A stretch of DNA of 63,771 nucleotides, counting the filler, from Licmophora abbreviata (lineage: Eukaryota), in NCBI GenBank assembly GCA_900291995.1. It is 13 parts of 13 records of this genome, joined end to end, with 100 filler letters (N's around TTAATTAATTAA, not from the genome) between each part and the next. Parts side by side here need not be neighbours in the genome. Positions count along the whole stretch, not along the records: positions 1 to 7,042 come from OLMU01001979.1; positions 7,143 to 25,125 come from OLMU01001980.1; 11 more parts are not named here. The stretch is one strand, 5' to 3'. Each line of letters opens with the position of its first letter. Position 1 is the first letter of the stretch. Positions 1 to 12,429 of this stretch are shown in pieces. The notes under the pieces are model-generated. The model ran no database searches, had not been told where the DNA came from, and was given only the letters and a program-made list of their open reading frames with translations. A program made the translations under genes and the position numbers.

Positions 1-2896
1 CCAGGCCGCGATTGACCATCATTCTTTGCCTCCTATTGACAGGAGTTTGCGGCTTTGGACTTACGCGGTTCACTCCTGAGAGTCGTCCCGAGGAGCTTTG
101 GGTCCCACAGGGTACCACCGCAGAAGAGGAGACGGAGCTGTACGAATCGTACTTTCCCACAACGTCTCGCTTCAATACCATGATTGTCGAGGCTGCAAGT
201 GGAGGCAACGTCTTGACTCAGGAGAGTCTACAGGCCGCCATCCGCATGCATGCGGAGATCGAGACTTCGCAGGCGACTGTAGACGATCAGATGTACGATC
301 TCATTGACCTCTTGTACCAAGAGTGGCGGTAGCTGTGTGAATCCCACGGCGGGAGCCGTGTGTCAGTGCTTGGTGACCAGTATTCTCAAACAGTGGAATT
401 ATAATCTCGAGACGCTTCAGAACGACGATGACTTCTTCACCACGCTGACGCAATACGGCTCTCGTGAAGATATCGAAGCTGTCCTGGGAGGCTCCGTCTG
501 GAACGAGAATGACGAACTAGTCTCTGCGGAGGCCCTTTCGCTGAGCTACTTCCTCATTGACCGCGCCGAAGTAGTCAACGGAGAAGAGCAAGACCCCATC
601 AACGAAGGCTGGGAGAAGGACGTCTTTCTGGATGTTGCAGGGAACGTTCCGGAGAGGCACCCGGAGCTAACCGTCGCATACTTTTCAACTCGTAGTTTCA
701 GCGATGAATTTGGAGATGCCATTGGTAAGTCGTTTCAGTATGCTTTCTTGGTTTGATCTAGACTTGCCTGAACAATGACAACCAAACTTCAATGATTGTC
801 CTGATCACCATCTATGTCACTGGCTATCTTTGCAGGTGGAGATATCATCCTCGTCAACGTCTCCTACATCGTCATCTTTTTGTTCATTGGTGCCACCATG
901 GGCAAGGTTCGATGCGGAACTGGATCTCGGTGGACCATGGCATTTGCAGCTCTGGTGATGGTGGGAACGGCGACCATCGCTGGTTTCGGTATCTCTTCCC
1001 TGATTGGTCTCATCTTCTCACCGGTGCACAATTTGCTGCCCTTCGTTTTGCTGGGCATCGGTGTGGATGATGGCTTCGTTCTCGTCAACGCTTTCAACAG
1101 AGAGCGAAATGTTCCTCGATCGCAAGAGACCAACAAGGAGCTGGTGAGCCGTACAGGACGGGCTCTGGCGAGGGCGGGATCTTCCATCCTTGTAACTTCC
1201 TTGACGGATATCGTTGCCTTTGCCATCTCAGCGACGTCTGCTCTTCCGGCACTCGCCAGCTTTGGTGCCTTCGCGGCGATCTCCATCTTCTTCTTGTGGT
1301 CATACGCTTCAACGTTCTTCGCCGCGTGTCTCGTCGCTGACGAGCGTCGCCAGCGTGACAACCGCAGGGAGATCCTATGCTGCATCAAGCGCCAGGGGGA
1401 GGTCGAGGACGAAGCCTATGAAGAAGGATATATGTCAAAGTTCTTTCGCAATTACCATGCTCCGGCCATCTTTTCTGTTCCCGGAAAAGTAGCCGTTATT
1501 CTGTCCTTCGCGGGCTTGTTTGCATTCGGTATCTTTGGAACGATGGAGCTATCCGTGGAAGACTCGACTCGCAGTTTCATCCCGGACGGTAGCTACCTAC
1601 AAAATTATTTTGACAAGGCCGACGAGTACTTCCCGGACCAGGGAATTGATCTGTACATTACATTTGAGGGAAGCTCGGAAATCTACGCCGACAGGGATCC
1701 ACTGTCGGAGCTGGATTCTCGCCTGACTGGTCTCTCCACGGCACCTCCCTACATTTCGGAGCCAGTTTCGGAAGAAGCCTACCGCAACGTCATGGACGGT
1801 TTTGCGCAGTACCTGACAGCGTCTGGTACGGGTGACATCGGTGGCGCCCCGCTGGGAGAGGATGGATGGCCCACTTCCGAAGCCGACTTCGTCTCCACCC
1901 TGGCCCTGTACGCCAACACCACTGGACCCGGATCGAGGTATGCGCAAGATGTGTCTTTCTCCGAGGACGTAACCGAACTTCGAGCCTTTTTTGTACGGCT
2001 GGAGTATATAAAGCTCGTCCGGATTGAGGATGGTGAAGTAAAGGACGACGCCTTCAAACAAATCGATGCCATGGACGCCACCCGTGCAATGGTTGAAAGC
2101 TGGGACGACCTTCCTCCCGCTTTCCCTTACTCAGATGCGTTCCTTGCCATCGAAGGATTCAAGGTGATCCGCCGAGAGCTCTTTCAGAACATCGGCTTGG
2201 CGATTGCATGCGTCGGTATCATTGTACTCTTCACAGTCGCCAGCCCCATGGCGGCACTCTTGATAACATTCAATGTTGGCTGTTGGTACGTGATTGAACG
2301 TTGCTTGTTTCACAATCTTTTTGTGAATTTTATCGCGCTAATGTGCCACTTACTCCTTTCATTTTAGTCTTGTCGAGATCCTGGGTTTCCTATGGGCATT
2401 GGGCATTGTCATTGATTCTGTAAGCGTGATCAACCTTGTTCTTGCCGTTGGTCTCTCTGTGGACTACAGCGCCCACGTTGGACATTGCTTCATGACAAAG
2501 GGGGGCACGGACAAGAACAAGCGTGCCACGGAAGCGCTGGCGGATATTGGCGCGGCCGTGCTCCAGGGTGCCATTTCTACATTCTTGGCTGTAGCTGTTC
2601 TGCTGTTTTCGTCATCGTACGTGTTTGAAGTGCTGTCGAGACAATTCGCTTTGACGGTGGTGTTGGGTGTGCTTCATGGACTGGTGCTTCTCCCAGTAAT
2701 GCTGACCATGTTGGGGCCCAAGCCGTATTCTACTGCCGAAGCTATCGAATCTGAAGAGGGCGCCCAGAAGCCAGTCGAAAAGTTGTCTGACAATCTTGGA
2801 ACAACTGGCCATGCAGAGAGCGAGGAGAGTGGCAGCGAGAGTACTTCGGATAAGAAGAAAGTGGATGAAGCTGTCGAGCTTGAGTTTGACAACTAA
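1..2896 (+). CDS. Patched/NPC1-like sterol-sensing-domain RND-type membrane protein (5' end outside window; introns 725-835 and 2286-2367; apparent +1 frameshift near 312)
   Basis: Motifs PFVLLGIGVDD and AVGLSVDYSAH, luminal loops and two TM bundles. GT-AG introns join ORFs 304-756, 814-2367 and 2399-2896 in frame. YDLIDL/CTKSGG junction needs one T removed. Confidence 0.9.
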
Positions 2897-3181
2897 GAGA
2901 TGGCATCCTTACACCTTTAGATGTACAGTACAAAGTACTAGCAATTTTGTCTTTTACATACATCTCTCGTGCTGTCATCCTCAAGCTCTTTCTCCCCTAG
3001 TGCACCCTGAAACCCTCATATGCACGGCATGGCCAAACCTTGAATCGCATCAACGCATCGGCATGTCGACCAACAGGAATGCCACGACGTTGTTAAACTC
3101 GTAGCTATAGGCTTGATAAAAAAATTGCATGTATTCGCAACGAATCTGTCGCCCCATCTCCCCTTACTTTGGGAAGCCTCT

Positions 3182-4389
3182 TTATTTTCTCCTTGCAAGA
3201 GCGATGGCAGCAGCCACCATACCAAGGGTCCCAATAGAGTAGACACCAAGCGTTCTCACCTTTGAGACGTTCCGTCCCATAGACTTTACGACAACTTCAG
3301 TAGCCCCTCCGCTCAGTCGATGTTTGGCGTACATGGTCAATGCATACTGGCCAGCTCTCGTAGCTCGAAGTTCATTGCTCAGGTCCAAAACGACTGGCGG
3401 GAACTCGGTATCTTCGACGGGAAGAATCCTCTTGAGCTCTGGCGGCCGCACGAGAGGATAGGCTAGAGCTGCAAACGTCAGGTCTGCCGCTGTGAACCCG
3501 AATGACTTGCGAGGACTATCCATCATAAACTTCCCTCCATTCTTTTCCAGCCGATCAGAGACTTCCGTAAACACCCGGCGAACCTCATCCTCACTGACTC
3601 TGGCGGTCTCCTCGTTGACGACAACGAGCTTGCGAATTGCCTTGTCGACACCCTTGTCCAGCATCTTGTCAAACAGGACGCGTTCCGCAGTAGAGGTATT
3701 GGCTCCACATATCTTGGTGCAGGCCGCATGGTTCTCCGGCTGTAGAAGATGGTGATAGGCAATGCATCGAGCCGGGGCACCAAGTCGCTTTCCCATATCC
3801 TCTTCGAACTCCTCAATCTCCTGTTCAATTTCTTTTGGATACAGAAACGGACATAGCTCGCGAAGGACGACCTCACTGGAGTAGAGCACCTTGTTTTCGT
3901 CGCTGTTTTCATCTTTCATGACAATCATGGGCGTCTGAGAAGCTCGATCTGCAGAAGCAGGAACAGAAGCGAACGACACAAAGGGTGGAGGGTGTGCATC
4001 TTCTGTGTAGTAAATTGGACTGGACGGATCCGCCTCGAGCATATCTAAACCCCAGCGAACTTTCTCACCAAAATGAGAAGGACCAATCGTAATGAGTCGA
4101 ACATGCCGTGTCTTTGATTCAGACGGCGGATCTCGTTCTCCCACGCCCGAGAAGAGATTGACAATCACACGCGCCACAAACAGCGGCGATAGCGAGAAGG
4201 AGATATGACGCGCCCGCGTGGGACGAATGTTTTCTGGAGGCAAGCCATCGCCACTGGGCGACATGCTCTCTTTCTCAAAAAGGACTTCTAGTTCAGAGAA
4301 GACAGAACAAAAGGAGCGAGCTTCACCTGGCGACACAGCTTCTCTGTGTTCCGGCGTTTGAAGACACCGGCGTCTTTTGTCGTTGTCAT
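3182..4389 (-). CDS. Glutathione S-transferase-like protein with C-terminal tail anchor (start 4389 if an A is missing near 4378, otherwise ATG 4264)
   Basis: LITIGPSHFGEKVRWGLD (GST N-domain) and FTAADLTFAALAYP (GST C-domain). Ends in hydrophobic LGVYSIGTLGMVAAAIALA-RRK. Confidence 0.8.
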
Positions 4390-4716
4390 GGTGGTCGTCG
4401 TCGTGGACAGGGTGTGGACCTCGTAGACCTCGAGTAAAGTCGAGCCAGTCAACACTCGAAATGTGCCTCTATAGGTCGACAAAGACTCTACCCCGGAGTA
4501 CGTGGTACGCATCGGTACCCGGACGGCCATTTGTATCGATTGCCAATCAACTGAACAATCAACTGAACAACGCCTACTCAAGAATCTAAATTCCAACATC
4601 TATCTATCGATATCGACAAGCAATACTAGGCGTTCAAACCACGAGACACAGAAACACGGTCACAAGATATTCACCAACATAGTAGATGGATCACAAACAC
4701 AATGAGGTCCGACTCT

Positions 4717-5064
4717 TCACTTGTAGGCAATCTGGGGGAATGAAAAGTGTGGACCCATCACCTCGACACCACTTCTCGGGTCGTGTTTCTTGTGAGCATG
4801 AACGTCATTGCGATTCGGGTCCGGCCGTTTAGCATTATCAACAGTGTCGATTTGCTCTTGCACGAACTGACAAAACATAGCTATGGGTCCTGAAATGTCC
4901 TGTGTTGACGATTCTTCATCTTTCGTGTTCTCCTCTTGTTCTCCGACACTCTCAAAATCGTCCTCGTTGACGTTCTGGAGCCGTTGGAGCTTCTCTTCTT
5001 CCTCCTTTCGACGTCTTTCAATGTACATGAATCCAGCAGCAGCCATTGGGATGAGGAAAATCAT
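4717..5064 (-). CDS. Small hypothetical protein with N-terminal hydrophobic anchor
   Basis: 115-aa ATG ORF: MIFLIPMAAAGFMYI followed by a charged RRRKEEEEK segment. Confidence 0.5.
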   Translation of the reverse strand: MIFLIPMAAAGFMYIERRRKEEEEKLQRLQNVNEDDFESVGEQEENTKDEESSTQDISGPIAMFCQFVQEQIDTVDNAKRPDPNRNDVHAHKKHDPRSGVEVMGPHFSFPQIAYK

Positions 5065-5434
5065 AATGATGAGGAGGCACAGGTGGGATATGAAATGCAG
5101 TCTGTGATCAACTGAGTGTGGGAAAAGAGCGATGGTTGTTCATCACTGAGAAACTGCGTGACAAACCCGTCTCGCGGAAAACGTTGCCCGAGAGTTTTTG
5201 GCGGGGGGCAGCTCAATTTTTCAAGGCCTACTTATGGAATCCACGACTCAGTTATAAATTGCCTTAAAGTTTGGACTCTATCAAAAAGGCCCAATCTCAT
5301 CAAAGCAAACCATCGAGCTATTCCGTACATACGAGCTCTATGTGGCCTTTGACCGCCATTCGGCCGACTCGACTCGACTCCAGCCGTCAATCTTGACCAT
5401 GGTGGTGTGATGTTGGCCACCGCCACGGCTCACG

Positions 5435-6709
5435 ATGTATCTTCGAGTCAAACGACGCCGCGATGTCGCCCCACTCTCGTTGCTTAGACTGGACCTGAGT
5501 GAAGATAATGGAAACAATCGGAAGAGATCCCGGCCAGTGGACGAACTCACGACGCTGCTCCAGTCGTCGGTGGGACTTGGCACTGCATCGGCGGCGCAGC
5601 CTCAACAACAAGAGACTGCGAAACCTGACCAATGCGCAGTATGGACGCGAATAGAAGAACAGACAATTGAAAAAGCTATCGAAAAGAGGAAAATCCACCT
5701 TATCAATGCCGTTCTAGACGATGCCACAGAGACCGATGTCGGTCGAGTTCGATCCAAGCGGAGGAAGCTTGCTCTCACGCTCGTGACTACTTCTACCGAT
5801 CGTGCGACAGAAGGCGCCTCTCGCACTGCTGCACCTGAGACTAAACGCAAGAGCCACTATAAGATTCTGGATCCTCAAACGAGACTGGTCGACGAGAGCC
5901 TTCAAGCCGCTCTACATGGGGAGAGAACGCTGTCGCAGCATTTGGATTTCTGTACCGACGACGCGCGCCTGGCTGGAAAGGATCCCAGGCGATGGATATC
6001 GCACGGGCATTGTCGAATCGGCAATGTTGCCCATGTCGCAGCCCTTCTAGGGGATATCGAGGGAACATCTGCTGTACTGGCTTGGGACATTCCAGGCTTG
6101 CAAGACGCGCTTGATGGCGATGGCAAGACGCCCTACCAAATAGCTATGCTGGCAGGACACGATCGAGTTGCCGAGATGCTAGTCCCAGAATGTCCCCACG
6201 ACGACACAGAAGACTTTGTTTATGACGTCTTTTGTTTGGAAAGAAAAGAGGACGATGTGAAAGCTAGTCCCAGGGAGCAAGAGAACGACGGGCACAACGA
6301 AGAAAATGAGGATACAGTCGTCGAACTGCGAGGAGGTGTCGGCTACTGGAACGAACATGGCGATTTAGTATTGGAAGCTCTTGAAGACATGGAGGACGCC
6401 TCTGTTGAAGCTGAAGATGACGTCGACTCGAACTGCGAGGACTATGAGGGAAACGACTATCCGGACGAAGAGCTATGGGTAGAGAATGACTCATCATCCG
6501 AGAACGACGAGTTGGACTTCCGAAACCATCCAACCCATGGCGACTCTGGTCAGGGCTTTGCGACGCTCAAGTTTGAAAAAGAATACGACTTCATCGGAGA
6601 CGACGACGATGCTTTCGACGCCCAGTATGGACTCTACGCGGCGGAAAATGGTGCAAATCGTCAGTTTGCTCATGATAAAGAGTTGGACAGCGATGACGAT
6701 CGATTCTAA
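5435..6709 (+). CDS. IWR1: IWR1/SLC7A6OS/RDM4-like RNA polymerase II import factor with inserted ankyrin repeats
   Basis: N-terminal LRVKRRR, Iwr1-type DFVYDVF and DVDSNCEDYEGNDYPDEE motifs, acidic tail. Ankyrin-like AHVAALLG and GKTPYQIAMLAGHDRVAEML. Confidence 0.75.
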   Translation: MYLRVKRRRDVAPLSLLRLDLSEDNGNNRKRSRPVDELTTLLQSSVGLGTASAAQPQQQETAKPDQCAVWTRIEEQTIEKAIEKRKIHLINAVLDDATETDVGRVRSKRRKLALTLVTTSTDRATEGASRTAAPETKRKSHYKILDPQTRLVDESLQAALHGERTLSQHLDFCTDDARLAGKDPRRWISHGHCRIGNVAHVAALLGDIEGTSAVLAWDIPGLQDALDGDGKTPYQIAMLAGHDRVAEMLVPECPHDDTEDFVYDVFCLERKEDDVKASPREQENDGHNEENEDTVVELRGGVGYWNEHGDLVLEALEDMEDASVEAEDDVDSNCEDYEGNDYPDEELWVENDSSSENDELDFRNHPTHGDSGQGFATLKFEKEYDFIGDDDDAFDAQYGLYAAENGANRQFAHDKELDSDDDRF

Positions 6710-6821
6710 ATCTGTTAACACATTGTAGATCCAGAGAGTAAGTTCAACAACATCATAGCATTCTATCATAGAAAGAGCGTTGCACCTTTCGTAAAAAATG
6801 AATCACACAAGATGGCAAGCA

Positions 6822-8775
6822 TCACTCTTCATCCGAGAAGTCAGTATGCCCATTCGCATCGTCGTGCTGGACACTCATCTCGTACTCGCCTCGACTCGGT
6901 CGATCATGAAGACCGCGCCCCGCAGCAGAGTGTACTCGAGACGAACCACCAAAGTAGACTTTAAGATAACCCCGGTCGAAATCTTTCCACGCCCCCTTGA
7001 AGCCATGGTACACGTGGCTTCTCACCCGAGTCAGGGTAGGCGNNNNNNNNNNNNNNNNNNNNNNNNNNNNNNNNNNNNNNNNNNNNTTAATTAATTAANN
7101 NNNNNNNNNNNNNNNNNNNNNNNNNNNNNNNNNNNNNNNNNNTGGTACACGTGGCTTCTCACCCGAGTCAGGGTAGGCGTATCAGCCACGAGAGCACTGA
7201 GGTCCTCCGTGTCAACATCGTCCTCCTCCAGTATCCTCTCATGTTGCTTCATACCAGCCGCAGATAATAGACGCTCCGTGAAGCCTCCGCACACAATCGT
7301 TGTAAAGATGCAGATTGCCAGCGTCGTCGTTGTATAAACCTCCTTGTTCGGACCAGGCATGTTTTCGGAAAGAGCAAATGCGATTGCTCCCCGCAGCCCA
7401 ACAAACCACAAAACACCCTGCATTTTTGTGGTGATTTGATTGTGGTTTCTCCGGCATCGATTTGCCAGCCACGACAAGGGGAAGATGTTCAGTGCACGCC
7501 CCAGAACGCAAAAACACAAGGCAAGGACCGAGAAAAGAACATTCCAGTTTCTGAAACGTCCAGTGAAAACTGACAGTCCCATGTAGAGGAAGACAATCGT
7601 TTCCGTGACTGTCGCTACAGTGGCAAATATTTGTTCGGAAGCAACATGTGCGGCCGGGCTCAAGTTGTAGCTGTTGTAGTGACTCAAGACTATGCCGTTG
7701 AAGAAGAGGGCCATGATACCTGACAGATTGATGGCTTCGGCTGTCGCGTAGCACAGGTAGCAAAAGCAAAACAAGAGCGAGGTTTCGAGCCTTGGAAAGT
7801 CAGAAAGGTTGGTGTTGTGATAGAGAAAGGACACAACAAGTCCCAGTGCGACTCCCACTACGATACTCAAGAGAGAAACGGCGCAAAAGGCCATGAGCGC
7901 CGATGGTATTTCCGACTCACTCAGATCAGGGCCGTCTGGATTATAGTACTTGTGAAATGTCTTGAAGAGCACAATGGCGATAGCATCATTCAAAACTGAC
8001 TCTCCAAAGACTAAACTATACAAGAGCTGATCACACTGCAGCTCTTCGCTTCCCATGATGGACAGGGTTGCTACAGGATCGACCGCCGAGATCAAAGCAC
8101 CGAAAAGGAGAGCTTCCATGGGATTGTCCTTGTCGATGTCTGTAATCAAACCGATCTTTGCCATGTAAAATGACAGCAGACCAACTACAAACGTTGAAAT
8201 GATGGTTCCAAACATGGCATAGAGCGTGATGGCCCCGATGTTTTCAAAAAAGTCCTTCTGTTTGAGGCTGTAGCCCGCTTCGAAAATAATGGGTGGGAGT
8301 AGGACGAAGAAGAAAACTTCCGGTGACTGAGAAAGGACATAACAAGAAACATGAGACAGGAATCGAAGGAGACAAGCAACGTTAAGACTTCGCCAGACCA
8401 GGATTGAACTTACAAACTCAAAGAGCTGCAGTTTGTCGGTCGAGAGCCGAGCGATGGCGCCGATGATCATTCCTATCAGCATCGTCCCCGCACTGAGAAT
8501 TAGAGGTATGACAGGCGATGAGGGAAACACATCGGCGACCTGCGTTCCCTTGTTTCGTATTCTACTGCGACGTACCTTTCCGGAAGATAGTAGATTCGAT
8601 TTGCCTTGACATAGTAAGCAAGCAGTATACAGCCAATGATGGTGACATTCATAATGAGCGCCGTATAGGCATCAAAAGCGTGTTCCTCCTCCGGCGCATT
8701 GATCTCCGCGATGGCAGTCTCATTGTAATAAGGAACAGGCTCTTCTGTGGCCCCTGCGTTCGAAAGATCTCTCAT
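6822..8775 (-). CDS. NHX: CPA1-family Na+/H+ exchanger (NHE8/NHX-like); introns 8493-8575 and 8327-8413; spans spacer 1
   Basis: FFFVLLPPIIFEAGYSL, FGALISAVDPVA, VFGESVLNDA and GLRGAIAFAL motifs. The C-terminus continues across the gap through a 37-bp overlap (7006-7042 = 7143-7179). Confidence 0.93.
7043..7142. other. Artificial scaffold spacer (44 N + TTAATTAATTAA + 44 N)
   Basis: Identical 100-bp linker with stops in all frames, found 12 times in the window. Confidence 0.98.
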
Positions 8776-9165
8776 GATGATTCCCACTGAGTTTTGTGAT
8801 GGTCTTTGTTGTGATGGCCGAACACCGTCGAGACTGGTGGAGTTTTCCGCTTTGCCAGTTCTTTCTATCGTCAGCTCTTCTTTCTGTTTTTTTAAATCTA
8901 AAGATCACAAGCAGAGATGGGGACAAGCGAATGGAGATGCTTGTTCAAGTAAAATCAGATTCATCGCCCTCCTCTGGGTTGGTCATGAGGATCACATCCA
9001 ATGCAGCGCACTCACAGGCAGTCTTGTTTCACAGAGGATCGAATGGTCCGTCCGCCGTCGACAGTTGACTCAGTCAGTCTTTCCCTCCGGTTTTGTTTCA
9101 TCAGAGCAGGCGTCTACTCGTAATGATGTCTAGTATTCCATCATGGACTTACTTTGTATTACAGC

Positions 9166-10948
9166 TTACTTGGAAACTTGGTTCCACGTGAATATGTCCT
9201 CCACCAGCTCTTTGGCAAGGCTGTCGACCACTGGCCTCCCAGCTTTATTGATCAGCGTACTAAATCGGCTCCGTGAAAAAGCCACAATCATGTTGTGACC
9301 CATGGGAATGCTTATCCGGTTGACTTCTCCGTTTGGAGCCAACTTGACCGCCGTTGCCACATCTCTTGACTCAACCACTCCTTTCTGTTTCAATGCGTCC
9401 AGCGGATCGGGCTCTTCGTCTGATGAACTACCGCTATCCCCGTTGCGATTGACCGAACTTCTTCTTCGAGTCAGCCGGGGTAGCGTCACCCCCGGGACTT
9501 CCTGTCGAACATCAACGAACACTTTCTTCCAACCCAGTGCGTCCAAAGCAGTCGACATAAGTGCAAGTTCATCCTCATGTTCCTGGTCGAGGCACGGTTC
9601 ATCCTCTTGCGGCTCTCGAGGCGGTGTGTGTAATGTCGCAATTACCAAGCCACTCGCCTCGTCGACCACCAGACCGACATCTTCTCCTTCTCCTTGCTCT
9701 TCTAATGCAAAGTGGTGAGGGTAGCGAGACTGATCTGATAGAAAGGCGGCAGTACCAGCGGGAACAGGAAAGTCGGTCCCGTAGGCGTTGGCATAGCAGA
9801 TGCGTTTCCGAAAGGCACCGAGGGAGTTGAGAAACTTTGGCGATGTTGCCATGGTTTTCATTAAATCATTGACACGGAATCTGAAAAAACAGAGAAAGGG
9901 GAGCACAAACAGTTGTGTGCAGTAGGACGTGTGAGGTTTCGAAAGGTCAAAAGTGGTACGGAATAAAGTCAGCCAGGACAAACCCAAGTTCAGCTTACAA
10001 GTCTCGCCCGGTAGAACCCAAGGCATGCGCCACGCCGATCTCCGCTGTTCGTGGCAAGGGCAAATACGTGTACTTGGAAATACCCAAGTGCGGTGTTGCC
10101 GTGGTACAAAAGACGTTGAGATGCACGGGGTACCTGGACTCCAGTAAAAGGTTCCCATCGTCCTGCTCCAGCCGTTCTGCCAACTGCGCCACAGCATACC
10201 TTCCGTATATCCCTCCAAGACTATTCCCCACTACCGATACTGTCACGTAGTGTTCTCGGGCAGTGGTATTACTGCGTCTGCATCGACGCTGCATTTTGTC
10301 CTTCATGACTTGCAGCATTTCCTCCACCAACCGTTCTCCTCCATTGGCAACGCCATCCGTTGTTCGTCCTTCATTGCAGACGGAATTGTGTACGACCAGC
10401 ATGTCATGTCGCAAGTCTGTCGCGCTCTGTATTTTCATCATGGCACTGCATTGATGCCTTGCGAGCGACTGCATGACGGTTTGAAGATAGGACAAGTCCC
10501 GAGAGAAGCCTCGATGGCCGTGTACGAGAAAGCAAAAGTGAGTGACTCGAGGAGCTGTTGAGTTGTCGTCGTCGTATGGCAAGTCATGATTGTCGTGATC
10601 TTCCACTTGAGCTGTTTGGGTTGGAATAGCAAAAGGAGGTGCCAAGTCGTCCCACCATTCCAGCGTTCTGCTGGAAGACGGCGATGAGGAGGAGGAGGCA
10701 GAAGTTTCGTTCGAAGACCAAAAAGTCTTGGAAGAGCTCACTGATACGATGCGTTTCCAGACGCTTCGAGGAGTGTTCGGTGACAAGGAAGAAGACGCTC
10801 CGACGAAATAAATAAGAAGAAAGGCGATCCACAGGGATGCAAAAGTCATCATCCAGATAGTATTCGATGAGTAGTGTTCCAGGTAGCAGCAGCGAGACGG
10901 GGATATGCGGTACAGTATTTCAGAGAAGTCGATCATCGACCAAGCCAT
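9166..10948 (-). CDS. DUF676 / lipase-like alpha/beta-hydrolase (serine esterase); intron 9881-9998; likely start 10852
   Basis: FLVHGHRG, nucleophile elbow VVGNSLGG, TATPHLG, TGRDL-F and YANAYGTD motifs. Signal-like MMTFASLWIAFLLIYFVGASS. Confidence 0.85.
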
Positions 10949-11365
10949 TCCTCAGCGGCGTGTTCAAGCCAGTTCACGAGATTCTGGCTTTGAATCGAGA
11001 CTATATCACGCGCTAGGGGTGCCTGTAGAGACGACGAGGCAAGAGGAGAGATGAGCACCATTCCACCATGTCATGGTACAAACAGGTGTGGTCAATGTTG
11101 TGGAACATGGGACCCATCGCTCAACTGATCATTTGAGATTTACGGCCGTAGATTTCTACGCAGCTGTGCTACCATGACGTTCTAAATCAAACGAAACCCG
11201 GAGCTAATTCCATCTTGCACGACCACGAGGACCACGAAACACACAGTGACCATGAATTCGCTGTGCCGTTTCTGAAAAGACAGAAGACTGCATCGCTGTC
11301 ACTGCAAACGTCTCCTGGCTTCAAAAACACTCTTTCTTACTCTTTTACATTATTGTATCACTACA

Positions 11366-12290
11366 ATGGGTGGAGATGGAGGCGTGATTGCCTCGAATCG
11401 ACGCTACATGCGCGGCGCGGGCACCGCGGACCACACGGCGGACTCTGCTCGGGGAGCCGACCAAGTGGAAGACAGAGACGTGCTGCGTACGTGCCATGTG
11501 ACGCAGAGTCCCTTGAATCTACAACAAAGTATTGTAGCCTGTCCCTATGGACGTCTCTATCAAAAGGAAGCGGCGGTAGAAGCTTTGCTGAGACGAAGTC
11601 AGAATTCCTCGACTGACACGCTCGGATCACACATTCGTGGACTCAAGGATCTGTACCCGGTCCGATTCCAGCTTTCCGAAGACAAGACGGCTCCAGTGTG
11701 CCCAGTGACAGGAGTGGAGCTCAATGATAAGCATCCATGCTTTTTGATTGTTTCGAACAAAACATCAGAGGATCCCAATGTGCTCAGCGAACGGGCGAAA
11801 AAGGAAATGGGAATGGAAGCGCTTCAGGCCGAGTATGGGCCCTTTCATGACTCAGAAGACCTCTTGCGACTGGCACCAAACGCGAACCTGTTGGAAGAGA
11901 TTCAGAAAAAGCTCAAACTCAAAAGAGAAATGGAAAAGTCCGCGAAGAAGGTGAGTTTGAGGGTGCTTCCGGGGCAGACGACAGCCATGATTCGCTTACT
12001 AGACTATATCCACCGACTCTCTCGCGTCGATCTCACATCTTCCCTGTCTCAATCCGTTGTATGTATAGTCCAAAAAAGACGGAAAGAAACGCAAGAAGTC
12101 GTTGACTCAAGGGGATTCTATAAAGAGGCTAAAGTCGAATGGATCGGGCGGTGGACGAGTTGCCGAGGCGGCACGAGCACGAGTGGCCACCGCTGTTGCA
12201 TCCAATGAGGTCTTGTCCAGCCTCTTTGCCACGAGCCGTCCCGCCATCTCCGAAAAGGAGAAGAATGACAACTTGTTTGCAAGGTCATAG
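11366..12290 (+). CDS. RTF2: Replication termination factor 2 (Rtf2 RING-like) protein; intron 11951-12068
   Basis: MGGDGG start, IVACPYGRLYQKEA, HIRGLKDL, CPVTG and a Lys-rich tail ending in SLF and NLFAR. Confidence 0.85.
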
Positions 12291-12349
12291 TTGTTTATAA
12301 GCAAAAGTGTGATTGTTATCTAGTGCTTCCTCGAAAGAAGAGTACCTTG

Positions 12350-12429
12350 TACAGCTAGTCATGCTTTACCGTGTATGCCATTAGTTGGATACAGCTAGTC
12401 GTGCTTCTCCGTGTATGCCATGAGTTGCA
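12350..12429. repeat. Imperfect 40-bp tandem duplication
   Basis: tacagctagtcatgctttaccgtgtatgccattagttgga followed by tacagctagtcgtgcttctccgtgtatgccatgagttgca. Confidence 0.85.

Noticed and set aside
300..320. Programmed ribosomal frameshifting or pseudogene status for the patched-like gene and other broken genes
   Set aside because: No shared slippery heptamer, and breaks occur in unrelated genes including SRP68. Sequencing error is the simpler explanation.
7087..7098. Recurring palindrome TTAATTAATTAA as a biological repeat or recombination site
   Set aside because: Always centred in exactly 44+44 Ns, so it is a synthetic all-frame-stop linker. ORFs ending in XXX-LIN are artefacts.
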